DNA of 64,000 nt from a virus, in IMG/VR virus record IMGVR_UViG_3300007513_000005; one strand, given 5' to 3'. The position numbers and the translations under genes were made by a program. Positions 1-8,853 of the stretch are shown in pieces (position 1 is the first letter of the stretch; every line of letters starts with the position of its first letter). The notes under the pieces were generated by a model, which ran no database searches, was not told the DNA's origin, and saw nothing but the letters and a program-made list of their open reading frames with translations.

Positions 1-900
1 ATAGATAACCTTTGCTTGTTTTGCATCTTCGGCCTTAGCGATTGCTTCAACAATACTCTTTTTCTGTCGCTCATTCAGGGAGCCACAATCCAAAGTCCGA
101 TTGATATAAAGTAACTTTGCGTTTGATGTATTAACAGCATCAAACTTTTCTTTTATTTGTGAGACAACAGACTTATGAGCATTAATCTCGTCTGTTTTCA
201 TCTCATTTTCTTTAATTAAATCTTTATTTTGTTTATTGAGATTCTTGTTGGATTCTTCCAACTTACCAAGTGCTGCCTTGAGTGCCTCAAGTTGCTCCTT
301 GATATCGTCATCTTGTAATCTGGCAAGTTCTTGCTCAACTGCAAGATCCAACTCTTCATTGGAAGTCCCCATCCATCCACTCTTTTGTGGCTTGATGTCA
401 ACCTTAAGAGATTCCATGATCTCATCAACGAATAATTCTTCCATCTCTTCTTCTAATTGAGTGAGTGTTTCGGTCGCAAGAGAACTTGCGTCAGCAGAAG
501 CTTGAATTTCATCAGACATACCAGCAGCAAGATCATCATGATCTACCTTATCTGCTTGAAGTACATCCGTTGCTTCAATTCCCTCTTCGTCTTCAATTTC
601 TTTAATTCTTTTTTCGATCGCGTCAAGATCTAACTCGACCTGACCCGACTCAGATGAGGGGATATCATCCATTGCCTCTTCATCAGACTTTGCAGATACA
701 GTATCGTCAGACCCCTCATCGCTAGATGGTTCAAGATCTAACCCTAAGTCCATCTCTTCTTCCTCTTGCTCAAGAAGAGATGACACGGCATCCTTAATTT
801 GTTCTGAATACTTTTCAATTACCATTTGTTCTGCATTTTTGAGCGCAGCGGATTTAAGCGCCTTGGCGTCAATGATTGCTTGTTCTAGAAGTGATGACAT
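1..900 (-). CDS. Prohead core/scaffolding protein (3' end runs off the window)
   Basis: Not in the ORF track. Manual translation from ATG 900 gives MSSLLEQAIIDAKALKSAALKNAEQMVIEKYSEQIK..., a very acidic middle, a coiled coil and ...NAKLLYINRTL..LNERQKKSIVEAI, open to base 1. It lies downstream of portal and protease. Confidence 0.65.
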   Translation of the reverse strand, partial: MSSLLEQAIIDAKALKSAALKNAEQMVIEKYSEQIKDAVSSLLEQEEEEMDLGLDLEPSSDEGSDDTVSAKSDEEAMDDIPSSESGQVELDLDAIEKRIKEIEDEEGIEATDVLQADKVDHDDLAAGMSDEIQASADASSLATETLTQLEEEMEELFVDEIMESLKVDIKPQKSGWMGTSNEELDLAVEQELARLQDDDIKEQLEALKAALGKLEESNKNLNKQNKDLIKENEMKTDEINAHKSVVSQIKEKFDAVNTSNAKLLYINRTLDCGSLNERQKKSIVEAIAKAEDAKQAKVIY

Positions 901-933
901 AGTTTGCCCCTTATATAAAAATATGTTCAATAA

Positions 934-941
934 TAAATAGT
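934..941 (-). promoter_or_regulatory. Putative late promoter motif ACTATTTA upstream of the scaffold gene
   Basis: Intergenic, 33 nt upstream of ATG 900. The TATTTA core recurs at 2021, 19866, 44594 and 59075, each just upstream of a start codon. Confidence 0.45.
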
Positions 942-997
942 TGAAGTGTTCTCTAAACACCTGAAATTTATTATACTACAATGTAGGAGTGTTTTTT

Positions 998-1582
998 TTA
1001 ATTTGCTACTGGGTTCGTTCTTAGGGAGGATAACCCTGGTATGGTCATCCTGAGAGGGGTGTACCCAGATGGGTTTATGCCCCCAGAGAAAGCGATAGTT
1101 GGCATACCATGTATGTTGGAAGTTATGATCTCGTGTCCAGCGGTGCCGATGGGTCCAGTCTTTGTTATGGTTATTGTCGCGCCATCCCTAGTAGCGGAAA
1201 TAGTATGGTCGGACTCCGAAGCACCACCATTGATGGCGGTTGTTAAAACTGTTGCTAAGTGAGTAGAGTTTGTGGCGTCGGATGTGCATACTGTGACAAT
1301 TCCACTAGAGGGTCCAGTTCCGTCGGTGGCGGACATGTTGGCAGAATCGTTAATTCGATACTCTACAGTTCCAGTACCTGCCGAAGTTCGAACATTATTA
1401 ATTGTTAAGTGCTGATTAGTTGCAAGTTGCGATATGTCTGTGACATTTACAGTGAATGTTACCTTAGATCCTGTGCCGCCGACATTACCAGCAGGAGTGT
1501 TGTTGACCACTAGAGGATCTTCTTGTAGATCTCTTATGTTATCAATCACAAAATCAGGTCTTATGGTGTGCTTTCTCTTCAT
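998..1582 (-). CDS. Putative virion protein containing a Thr/Gly-rich beta module shared with baseplate proteins
   Basis: Likely start is ATG 1582 (MKRKHTIRPDF), 2 nt after the upstream stop. The segment KVTFTV...LTTAING...TITITKTGPIGTAG...FSGG resembles modules at 36.0-36.3 kb and 41.0-41.4 kb. Confidence 0.55.
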   Translation of the reverse strand: MKRKHTIRPDFVIDNIRDLQEDPLVVNNTPAGNVGGTGSKVTFTVNVTDISQLATNQHLTINNVRTSAGTGTVEYRINDSANMSATDGTGPSSGIVTVCTSDATNSTHLATVLTTAINGGASESDHTISATRDGATITITKTGPIGTAGHEIITSNIHGMPTIAFSGGINPSGYTPLRMTIPGLSSLRTNPVAN

Positions 1583-1584
1583 GG

Positions 1585-2004
1585 TTAGAATGTGGAACAG
1601 GCAGCATATACTGCATCGGGTGCATCTCCCCAAGTGCCAGCATCTCTTACGAACGCAACACGATCAACACCATTTATTTCAATCTTATAAGTTGTGGGGA
1701 CTGTAACAGCATCACAATCAACTGTCTGCGAGTACGACCAAATACCTGTTGCGTGCATATAAAACCACAATTCAATATCCCGATCGGGAGCGCCAGCGTC
1801 AGCGGGATCTACGGTCAGAAACAAGTATCTTTGATTTTCTGTCACATACCCAGTAGTACCGTCCCTAGCGGCGGTTCCTGTTGAAATGCCTGTTGTAACT
1901 GGAAGGGCGTTGTGTGCCAACACTACTATCGCTGTACCATTGGCGCCTGCTAAATTTTTGGGTCCTCTTGTTCTGCCCCAACTTGTATTCTTAAAAGTAC
2001 TCAT
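1585..2004 (-). CDS. Hypothetical protein (139 aa)
   Basis: ORF with GGAG Shine-Dalgarno at 2015..2012; no recognised motif. Confidence 0.75.
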   Translation of the reverse strand: MSTFKNTSWGRTRGPKNLAGANGTAIVVLAHNALPVTTGISTGTAARDGTTGYVTENQRYLFLTVDPADAGAPDRDIELWFYMHATGIWSYSQTVDCDAVTVPTTYKIEINGVDRVAFVRDAGTWGDAPDAVYAACSTF

Positions 2005-2020
2005 TTTAAATCTCCATTAA

Positions 2021-2028
2021 TAAATATC
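2021..2028 (-). promoter_or_regulatory. Putative late promoter motif GATATTTA
   Basis: Immediately after the bS21 stop and upstream of the SD and ATG 2004. Confidence 0.4.
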
Positions 2029-2251
2029 AATCTTTAAACTTTTCATTAAATTTTCTAGTTGATTCTTGAGAAAGTTTCTTCTTTCTCTCCTTCTTCAACT
2101 TTCTAATTTCAGACTTTGGAGTGAATTGCATTCGTTTTCTTACCTTGTCGATCAACCCTTCCTTCTTTGTCTTCTTAACGAATCTTCTGATCATTCTCAT
2201 CTGATCTTCGTTGTGCCTTGGTCTTACATCAAAATTAACTGCTTTAGCCAT
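2027..2251 (-). CDS. rpsU: Phage-encoded 30S ribosomal protein bS21
   Basis: 74-aa very basic protein with V.V...E....MIRRFVKKTKKEGLIDKVRKRMQFTPKSEIRK, matching the bS21 pattern (L/I)RRFK+...G...E.R.R..(Y/F).KPS..R. Confidence 0.8.
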   Translation of the reverse strand: MAKAVNFDVRPRHNEDQMRMIRRFVKKTKKEGLIDKVRKRMQFTPKSEIRKLKKERKKKLSQESTRKFNEKFKD

Positions 2252-2261
2252 TATAAATCCT

Positions 2262-2684
2262 TTATTTTAGTGCGTCCCACTTTTTGCCAAAGGCGCCAAG
2301 TAGTCCGTCAATGTCAACTCCCTTATCACTAGGGTCCATATTCGCAAGAGGAGAATGAGAGGGCGTAGTGCCACCAGCTGATGACAATGGCGTCGTACCC
2401 TCAAAAACATTCACTCCACCATAGGCATCCTTACCAATCGCTTCAAGCATTTGATTCTTGGATTCCTGTAGTCTTTTTGAAACTTGCGCTGTTCTATCGT
2501 CAGAAGTGCGAGCAGAAGATCTTTCGGGCGTTTTGTTTTCTACTATCGGTTGTTGTCCCATACCTGAAAAGATCTCGGCAACCAATGTCGATAACACACC
2601 TTCTTCAAAAATTGCCTCTTTTATGCAATCCATCACAAGCGGTTTCAATACTTTCTTTAACTTATTTAATTCTTGTTCTTTCAT
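2262..2684 (-). CDS. Hypothetical protein (140 aa)
   Basis: ORF joined by an ATGA overlap to the protease stop. Confidence 0.75.
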   Translation of the reverse strand: MKEQELNKLKKVLKPLVMDCIKEAIFEEGVLSTLVAEIFSGMGQQPIVENKTPERSSARTSDDRTAQVSKRLQESKNQMLEAIGKDAYGGVNVFEGTTPLSSAGGTTPSHSPLANMDPSDKGVDIDGLLGAFGKKWDALK

Positions 2685-3286
2685 TTGTTCCTCAAAATAT
2701 CATTCATTATACTATTAATTCTATCTTCTTTTGTTAGCGGCCTGCTCATATCTCTGGATTCGTGCACCTGAGACATGATCGCACCTGGTGTAGATGGGTC
2801 CGAAACCATGTCGAAACATATCAACTGAAAGTCATCTTCAACTAAAGTAATACCGTTTCGCTCTGTAACAGATCCCATGCCTCTAGACGATATACCACAA
2901 GGAATATTACACTCTACAAGATTCTTGAGTATTTGTCCCGCTGGTGTTGGTAATACTTCAATTTTACCCATTACCTTGTTTTCATCCATCCAAATCTCAG
3001 TCACTAGATGTGAGGCATTTTGCAAGTTAATGACAGACGACTCTGGATGGTCCAGTTCACCCAATGCTCTACGTTGTTCTACTAGTTTACTATATCTGGA
3101 GACTTCTCTTTCCAAAAGAGCATGAGGATACATCCTGCCGTTGGCGTTCTTGGTTTCAGACATTTGCATGACACCTGTAAGGATTGTCACCTTACCTTCA
3201 GCAACTCTTCTTTTCTCATCTTCGGTGAGCAGGTCCTGACAGACACCACCCTCACATAATTCAAAATACTCTCTTAATAGTTTCAT
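2681..3286 (-). CDS. Prohead core protease (T4 gp21-like)
   Basis: Motifs NANGRMYP, ALGELDHP, GISSRGMGS and DMVSDPSTPGA. Start refined to ATG 3286 (MKLLREY) with upstream GAGGAAGG. Confidence 0.9.
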   Translation of the reverse strand: MKLLREYFELCEGGVCQDLLTEDEKRRVAEGKVTILTGVMQMSETKNANGRMYPHALLEREVSRYSKLVEQRRALGELDHPESSVINLQNASHLVTEIWMDENKVMGKIEVLPTPAGQILKNLVECNIPCGISSRGMGSVTERNGITLVEDDFQLICFDMVSDPSTPGAIMSQVHESRDMSRPLTKEDRINSIMNDILRNK

Positions 3287-3299
3287 AACCTTCCTCATT

Positions 3300-3314
3300 G
3301 CGGGGGTCACCCGC
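3300..3314 (-). promoter_or_regulatory. GC-rich 5-bp stem / 5-nt loop inverted repeat (GCGGG-TGACC-CCCGC) upstream of the protease RBS
   Basis: Perfect inverted repeat read directly; no U-tract follows; function unknown. Confidence 0.3.
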
Positions 3315-3319
3315 GTCAG

Positions 3320-3370
3320 TTACTTACCGCTGCAACAACGTCTAACTCTCTGTATCATCCAACGTTTCAT
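3320..3370 (-). CDS. Putative 16-aa micropeptide MKRWMIQRVRRCCSGK
   Basis: ATG 3370 to TAA 3320, with GAGGAG 5 nt upstream. It fills the gap between the DUF1360-like gene and the protease. Confidence 0.5.
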   Translation of the reverse strand: MKRWMIQRVRRCCSGK

Positions 3371-3372
3371 AA

Positions 3373-3672
3373 CTACTCCTCACAATTGTGCTTTATTTGA
3401 ATTCCATCATCCCCAACGATCATGCTACCATAATAACACACGATTGAAGAATAACATCCCAAAATAAAAGCAGTGACCACAGAATGATCAAATATAAATA
3501 GTTCTGTAAACGGACTTAACGCCCACAAAAACACACCTGTCCAAAACCCAGTACACATAGGGCACTTGAGGAGATCCCCAAACCACCCCGTAGTGGGTCT
3601 AATTTTGTTAAATATTTTTCCATAGACAAGGATTTGGGTCATACCAATGCAGGCAATCGTGTAGGTAAACAT
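3373..3672 (-). CDS. Small membrane protein, DUF1360-like
   Basis: Hydrophobic segments around LLKCPMCTGFWTG (CPxCxGxW pattern). Confidence 0.6.
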   Translation of the reverse strand: MFTYTIACIGMTQILVYGKIFNKIRPTTGWFGDLLKCPMCTGFWTGVFLWALSPFTELFIFDHSVVTAFILGCYSSIVCYYGSMIVGDDGIQIKHNCEE

Positions 3673-4235
3673 TACTTCTCCAAGATTTCCCTCAAAATCG
3701 AATACATATACTGATATCCATACGGGCGGACTTGATGGTCAGCTGATCCTTTCTTTTCCCTGTGAGGGACCTCACCGAGTTCTGTAGAGTCTTCATCCTT
3801 TGGATCAAGAAAGAAGTTCTGTAGAGTATCTTTGTATATCTCTCTCGACTTAATGTTTGGTTCCTCCTCTTGAAGGAAGTTAAACACCTCTAACAAAGTT
3901 AACTGAAACGGGGAAATGTCCTCGTCTGGAGATTCCAAAATTTCTGCTTCCAACGATGAAAAAACAGCACCAGAGCGGATCGTTGAGCGATCAAGCACCC
4001 CATTCTTAGCGAGCAATTTCAATAATGCTTCTTGAGTATGATAAGTCTCCTCTGAAATGACTTCCTTTGGGAATGTGGAGATTTTTAATTTCTCGCGTGA
4101 AACAACAATATCAATTAGGTCGTGATCAAATATCATAAGATCACCATTCACTGCCTTGCGAGCCTCTGCAAAAGAGATCTGCTTTACAGTAGGTTCTTGA
4201 TCCTTGGTACCCCTAATTATGTTGATTTTAAGCAT
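3672..4235 (-). CDS. Hypothetical protein (187 aa)
   Basis: ORF overlapping both neighbours; no motif recognised. Confidence 0.75.
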   Translation of the reverse strand: MLKINIIRGTKDQEPTVKQISFAEARKAVNGDLMIFDHDLIDIVVSREKLKISTFPKEVISEETYHTQEALLKLLAKNGVLDRSTIRSGAVFSSLEAEILESPDEDISPFQLTLLEVFNFLQEEEPNIKSREIYKDTLQNFFLDPKDEDSTELGEVPHREKKGSADHQVRPYGYQYMYSILREILEK

Positions 4236-5040
4236 TCTCTAACTCCCGTACTAACCCTTGAATTTTTAGTACCTCGGTAATCATAACGTCGTCCACTTCC
4301 ATGTCCTTATATGACTCTAGCTTCAGCATGATTTCTCCGTATTTACCCTTCAAATCCTCAGATTTGAGAACCGTACTTGATTCAAAGTTCTTTAATTTTT
4401 CCTTCAATTCCGACACCTGGTCATTTAAGTATATCTTAAGTCCCAGCGAATTATCGGAAAAAGAAGCAATATAATTAGTCAACAATTCCTTTTGGTTGTC
4501 TGGGAGTTCTGAATATTTCTTATTAAAACTTTCCACAAATGTCTTATATGTCAAATTGTCGATGTGCTGCTTCTCTTCCTCCGTATTGGTGGTTGTTAGG
4601 GATTCGATCATCTTCTCCTCTAACAGCATCTTTTCCTTAATTGATGTTTTATCATTAAAGATATTATAAATCGTAGCAAGATTCTTATAGTTTGGTACAA
4701 AATTTCCAAATACTTCAGAAGATAATGTATAATTTATTTCCTTTATAAGTCTATTCTGACTCGAAAAAACATTCTGCTTTCCCAATGTTCCGTATCTCTG
4801 CTTCGCTTCACCCAACAAACCAACTGCCGTTTCTCTATCCAAATTTTTCGATTCAAGAACTTCTTTATAGATTGAAAGTTCTTCATTCAAAATACTACCT
4901 TTAGAAAAATGCTCTTTTATGATCTTCTTAACAAGAGACTGTCTAGCGGAATTCTTTTTTACAACCGATTTAACATACTCTCTGGTAAGTGCTTCAAATA
5001 AAAATGCAGTATTTCTCTTCTTGTTGTGTTTTAATCTCAT
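4228..5040 (-). CDS. Hypothetical helical protein of the head module (270 aa)
   Basis: ORF with an ATGA overlap to the portal stop; begins MRLKHNKKRNTAFLFEALTRE. Confidence 0.75.
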   Translation of the reverse strand: MRLKHNKKRNTAFLFEALTREYVKSVVKKNSARQSLVKKIIKEHFSKGSILNEELSIYKEVLESKNLDRETAVGLLGEAKQRYGTLGKQNVFSSQNRLIKEINYTLSSEVFGNFVPNYKNLATIYNIFNDKTSIKEKMLLEEKMIESLTTTNTEEEKQHIDNLTYKTFVESFNKKYSELPDNQKELLTNYIASFSDNSLGLKIYLNDQVSELKEKLKNFESSTVLKSEDLKGKYGEIMLKLESYKDMEVDDVMITEVLKIQGLVRELENA

Positions 5041-6986
5041 TTTTTGGTTTTCCTATTGTTTAGTTCTTCGATGAGGTCCGACACTTCCTTACTTCTCAAG
5101 AAGATCTTCTCCTCCTCTTTGATATAACTAGTAAGTTTAGACTCGGAAAGTCTCTGCTTATCTTCAGCAACGACGCCTCTAGATAAAGATTTTAACTTTT
5201 TATATCCAGGAACGGTCCTATAAGACTGTGTGCGGCCGCCAGTATCTCTCTGGTCCCTCTCTCCTGTTTCGGATTTTGTAACATGTATCTTGCCCTTGGC
5301 ACGTTTCCACTTTGCATCAGGAGTGTCTTCTCTTGATCCAGGTGCTGCCAATAGAGCACCAGCATCTTCACCACCCTCATCGCCTCCAAGATCTGCGCCC
5401 AAATCGTCGCCGCCTTCGAGTCCGCCAGTGGTATCAATTCCTTCGCCGCCTTCGCCGCCTGTGCCAAGGTCACCTCCGAGCATATCTTCCTCGCCACCAG
5501 CTGCGCCAGTGGCGTCTGCCTGGGCCTGTTCTGCAGCTGCCTCAAGGCGGGCGTCGAACTGCCTATCATAATACATCTGCCTCTGATTTTTGACAAACTC
5601 TTCCTCAGTCATGTTGAACAATCGAGAAGCAATCCACTGTCGACTAAAGAAACCTTCCGTTGCAGTACTTGCAACGTCGAACTTGGTCTTCCAGTGCTCC
5701 AATTCCTGCAGTTCTGCAATCTTAGATGGACTGTTGAGACTTAGTTTAAAATTAACAAGATCTTCGCCTCTGTACCCCAATGTATAAAGGTGAACAATTC
5801 CGATCTTTTCCAACTCTGTGACGATGGACCTTTGCAGTCTCTGCACTGTTCTAGCAAATCTAATGTCTTTTTGTGCAAGAGTTGTTGCGTCTTCTCCACC
5901 TGCAGCATCGGCATTCGTGTTGGAGATATATGATCCAGGCACCTTCAAGGCAGAAAATAACTTATCCCTCAAATATTTAACGTCATCAATGTCTCCCGTA
6001 TATGTACCACCTGGTAGACTTTCGACCTTCGAACTAGATCCAGCGCGGGTGGGGATGAAATAATCCTCATCAACAGACATTGGATTGTATCTAAGATCCA
6101 CTCGTCCCGTATTAGCATCCACAATTTGGTTTCGCTTCATCGAAGTCATAACTCGCTGCATGTATTGCTCGATGTCTTGAGGTGGAATGTTGCCCACATC
6201 AATATAAAATACTCTACGCTCTGGTGATCTGACTATTCGATATGCCATCATAGCATCTTCGAGAAGGGTCAGTTGTCTCCAAATACGTCGAGCAGGTTCG
6301 AGCACAGAAGTTCCATAAGGCGCATACTTGTCATTACCCAAGATACGGAAATGTCCTATTTGCCAATTTTCAAACGTCAATCCAGCGGAATTCCACTGAA
6401 ACTGGCAATAGTTTGGATTAGTCTTATCTTCACCCTCTAGTCTTTCAAGTTCTTGCCCAGGAAGACCAATAACGCTCTTGATTCCAAGCGTTTCGTCAAT
6501 ATCCAAGTATAAGAAAAAGTCACCATACTTCACCATGGTTCTGCACCACCCAAAGATATTGTATTCAAGATTCATTATACTGAAATATAACGCTGACAAG
6601 ATTCCCTTAATTTCCTCGTTGTTGCAATCGATTTTCATCAAAGGTTGTAATGCACTGTGGGTGGTCATCTCATCTGCATATATATCTAACGCAGATGCAA
6701 TTTCAGGTGTGTATTCCATCTGATCGAAATCTACGCACCTTTCCAATCTATTCTGATTATTCTGAGCACTACCATACAATCCAGCAAATGGGTTGTAATC
6801 CATTCTCTTAAACTGTTTGCCACTCGTAGATAGGAACTTGTTGGCGTATTTGTCCAGCTGTCGCCTGCGTAATCTTCTTGCAGTTTGTGTTCTGTAGTTT
6901 ACAATTGGCCCAGATAACAATCTTGTCAGTTTTTTAAACAAACTATTCTGATCGTTCTTAGGGTTTATCTTTCTTCCGCCTGCCAT
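5037..6986 (-). CDS. Portal protein (T4 gp20-like)
   Basis: Motifs TPEIASALDIYADE, WQLTLLEDAMMAYRIVRSPERRVFYIDVGNIPP, EDYFIP..G..KVESLPGG and DIDDVKYLRDKLFSALKVP; acidic Gly-rich C-terminal tail. Confidence 0.95.
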   Translation of the reverse strand: MAGGRKINPKNDQNSLFKKLTRLLSGPIVNYRTQTARRLRRRQLDKYANKFLSTSGKQFKRMDYNPFAGLYGSAQNNQNRLERCVDFDQMEYTPEIASALDIYADEMTTHSALQPLMKIDCNNEEIKGILSALYFSIMNLEYNIFGWCRTMVKYGDFFLYLDIDETLGIKSVIGLPGQELERLEGEDKTNPNYCQFQWNSAGLTFENWQIGHFRILGNDKYAPYGTSVLEPARRIWRQLTLLEDAMMAYRIVRSPERRVFYIDVGNIPPQDIEQYMQRVMTSMKRNQIVDANTGRVDLRYNPMSVDEDYFIPTRAGSSSKVESLPGGTYTGDIDDVKYLRDKLFSALKVPGSYISNTNADAAGGEDATTLAQKDIRFARTVQRLQRSIVTELEKIGIVHLYTLGYRGEDLVNFKLSLNSPSKIAELQELEHWKTKFDVASTATEGFFSRQWIASRLFNMTEEEFVKNQRQMYYDRQFDARLEAAAEQAQADATGAAGGEEDMLGGDLGTGGEGGEGIDTTGGLEGGDDLGADLGGDEGGEDAGALLAAPGSREDTPDAKWKRAKGKIHVTKSETGERDQRDTGGRTQSYRTVPGYKKLKSLSRGVVAEDKQRLSESKLTSYIKEEEKIFLRSKEVSDLIEELNNRKTKK

Positions 6987-6991
6987 TATTT

Positions 6992-8578
6992 TTATCCTTT
7001 AAACAACCAAGGGAATTGCTCGTATGTCTGGTCGTGTTTTCTCTTTTTCTCGAAGACACTATCGCCATCATACCCGTGCATGCCCTTTATGGTTGTGTTC
7101 ATATTAGTTTTTGCTGACACCATTGTAGCAAGAAATGCCTTATTATATTCTATATTTCTCTTATTTTCAATCAAGGCCGTATCCCTAACCCAACAACCAA
7201 TTGCGCATGCCATAATTAAGTCATCATTATAAGATCGCATAGCTTCTGGTCGTCCGTTATTCCAAATAAAAGTTTTCATCTCATTATATAAACGAGGCGA
7301 ATTTATGGTAATTAGTCCATTTCTTACAAATTCTTCCAACTTTGCCACAATCAAAGGTCTCGTTTTTTGACTGGTTGTGAATCCAGGCACTGCGTTGGTA
7401 GCTGCTTCGGCAGTAACTTGATCGACATATTCGTGAGTTGACTTAATTGAGTGATATACATTAGGGTAATTCATATCTCTTAATTTGCCCAAAACAGCAA
7501 ATCCAACCGTATTGTTTTCGACCACGATCATGCAGTCTCCATACTCCCGTCCCGCATCAAAGAGTATTTTAGAAAACAGATCTGGAGTCACTCTTCCTTG
7601 ATATTCCGCAACAATCTCCATTGTGAGCGTATTGAATACGTGAAAAACCGAATAGTCCTTACCATCACCCCTTGCTACGTCAGCACTTAACAGATACGGT
7701 ACGCCTGATTCAGCTTCTTTCCAAATCCAATAATTTCTATCGAACCCTGTCCTGTATTTTGGATCATGAACAAAATTCGATAACATCTTCATTTTATCTG
7801 GATGGAATACAGTTTCGCCCGACATATTAAAATTACACTCCAATTCCTGTGCAATCTGGCGGCGAGACATGTTCTTTGTCTCCTTATCGAACCATTCCTG
7901 ATCCCTGTCAGGATGGACCTGCCATGGGAGTGTCATTGGCATAAAATCATTAGAGTTGGTCTCTGCATCGGTGAATGTCTTATGAAACCAGTTACCGACG
8001 CCATTAGGTGTAGACAGTGCTATACAGCGACCACCAGTTGAAAGAGTGGGGTATAAACCAGTCCACAACTCATCCAAACCCTCTACGTGCGCTGCTTCGT
8101 CTACAACCAACAAGGACAATGCTTCTGAACGACCTGCATCGCCCGAAGTGGACGATGCTTTAATTTGCGATCCGTTAGTTAATTCAAACGAAGTTCTATT
8201 GTCGATCGATACATCCGAGATACGGATCCATTCTGGACAATTTCGCAATATAGATTTCACCTTCTTTACAAGGTTTGCAGCGGTACCGAACTTAGTCGCT
8301 AACACTAAAACATTCTTTTCTTTGTGAAAGAGCATCAACCAAACAACATATGCCGCCGTTACCGTAGAAAGACCCAGCTGGCGTGCCTTCAAGACGATAT
8401 TAAAGCGATTATCCTGAAAGTTCTTTAATGCGTCTTTCTGAAATGGGTAAGTCTTAAACGGTATAAGACCCTTAAGAGGGTGGGTGATCTTTGCATAATT
8501 TGTTATGAAATAGTCTGGGTCTCTCCCTGATTTAACTATTTCTCTCATGATCTCTTTCTTGGAGAGAACTTGCTTCAT
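6992..8578 (-). CDS. Terminase large subunit (T4 gp17-like)
   Basis: Walker A-type KARQLGLST, Walker B VVDEAAH, coupling motif LSTPNG, nuclease motifs SADVARGDGKDYS and DDLIMACAI; no intein. Confidence 0.95.
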   Translation of the reverse strand: MKQVLSKKEIMREIVKSGRDPDYFITNYAKITHPLKGLIPFKTYPFQKDALKNFQDNRFNIVLKARQLGLSTVTAAYVVWLMLFHKEKNVLVLATKFGTAANLVKKVKSILRNCPEWIRISDVSIDNRTSFELTNGSQIKASSTSGDAGRSEALSLLVVDEAAHVEGLDELWTGLYPTLSTGGRCIALSTPNGVGNWFHKTFTDAETNSNDFMPMTLPWQVHPDRDQEWFDKETKNMSRRQIAQELECNFNMSGETVFHPDKMKMLSNFVHDPKYRTGFDRNYWIWKEAESGVPYLLSADVARGDGKDYSVFHVFNTLTMEIVAEYQGRVTPDLFSKILFDAGREYGDCMIVVENNTVGFAVLGKLRDMNYPNVYHSIKSTHEYVDQVTAEAATNAVPGFTTSQKTRPLIVAKLEEFVRNGLITINSPRLYNEMKTFIWNNGRPEAMRSYNDDLIMACAIGCWVRDTALIENKRNIEYNKAFLATMVSAKTNMNTTIKGMHGYDGDSVFEKKRKHDQTYEQFPWLFKG

Positions 8579-8853
8579 TTAAGATCTAGTGCCTCACATG
8601 CTGCTTCAAAACTCTGCAAACTAGATTCATTTGAACACTCCTCGGTCTCAAGGATCCAACAAAAGGCACCTGTGTCACCTTCCTCAAAACACTCATCTGT
8701 ACATTTCTGTCCGTGATGGTCTGGGTTTTCTGGGTTGTGACAAACCCAAACGAGTTCGTTATATACCTCTTCCCGCTCAGGGTGTGCACACTCTACGTTA
8801 GAATCCAATTGACATGCCATAAGAAAGGGAACTAAAACAAAAAGAAGTCTCAT
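8575..8853 (-). CDS. Putative Cys-rich lipoprotein (92 aa)
   Basis: MRLLFVLVPFLMAC: basic residue, hydrophobic core and a lipobox-like LMAC, followed by several more Cys. Confidence 0.5.
   Translation of the reverse strand: MRLLFVLVPFLMACQLDSNVECAHPEREEVYNELVWVCHNPENPDHHGQKCTDECFEEGDTGAFCWILETEECSNESSLQSFEAACEALDLK

Noticed and set aside
3300-3314. Rho-independent terminator
   Set aside because: The stem is short with no U-tract on either strand; kept only as a possible regulatory hairpin.
5190-5600. Short GGC/GAA-rich repeats and several overlapping ORFs at the portal 3' end
   Set aside because: They reflect the Gly/Glu/Asp low-complexity portal tail and are not a repeat array or separate genes.
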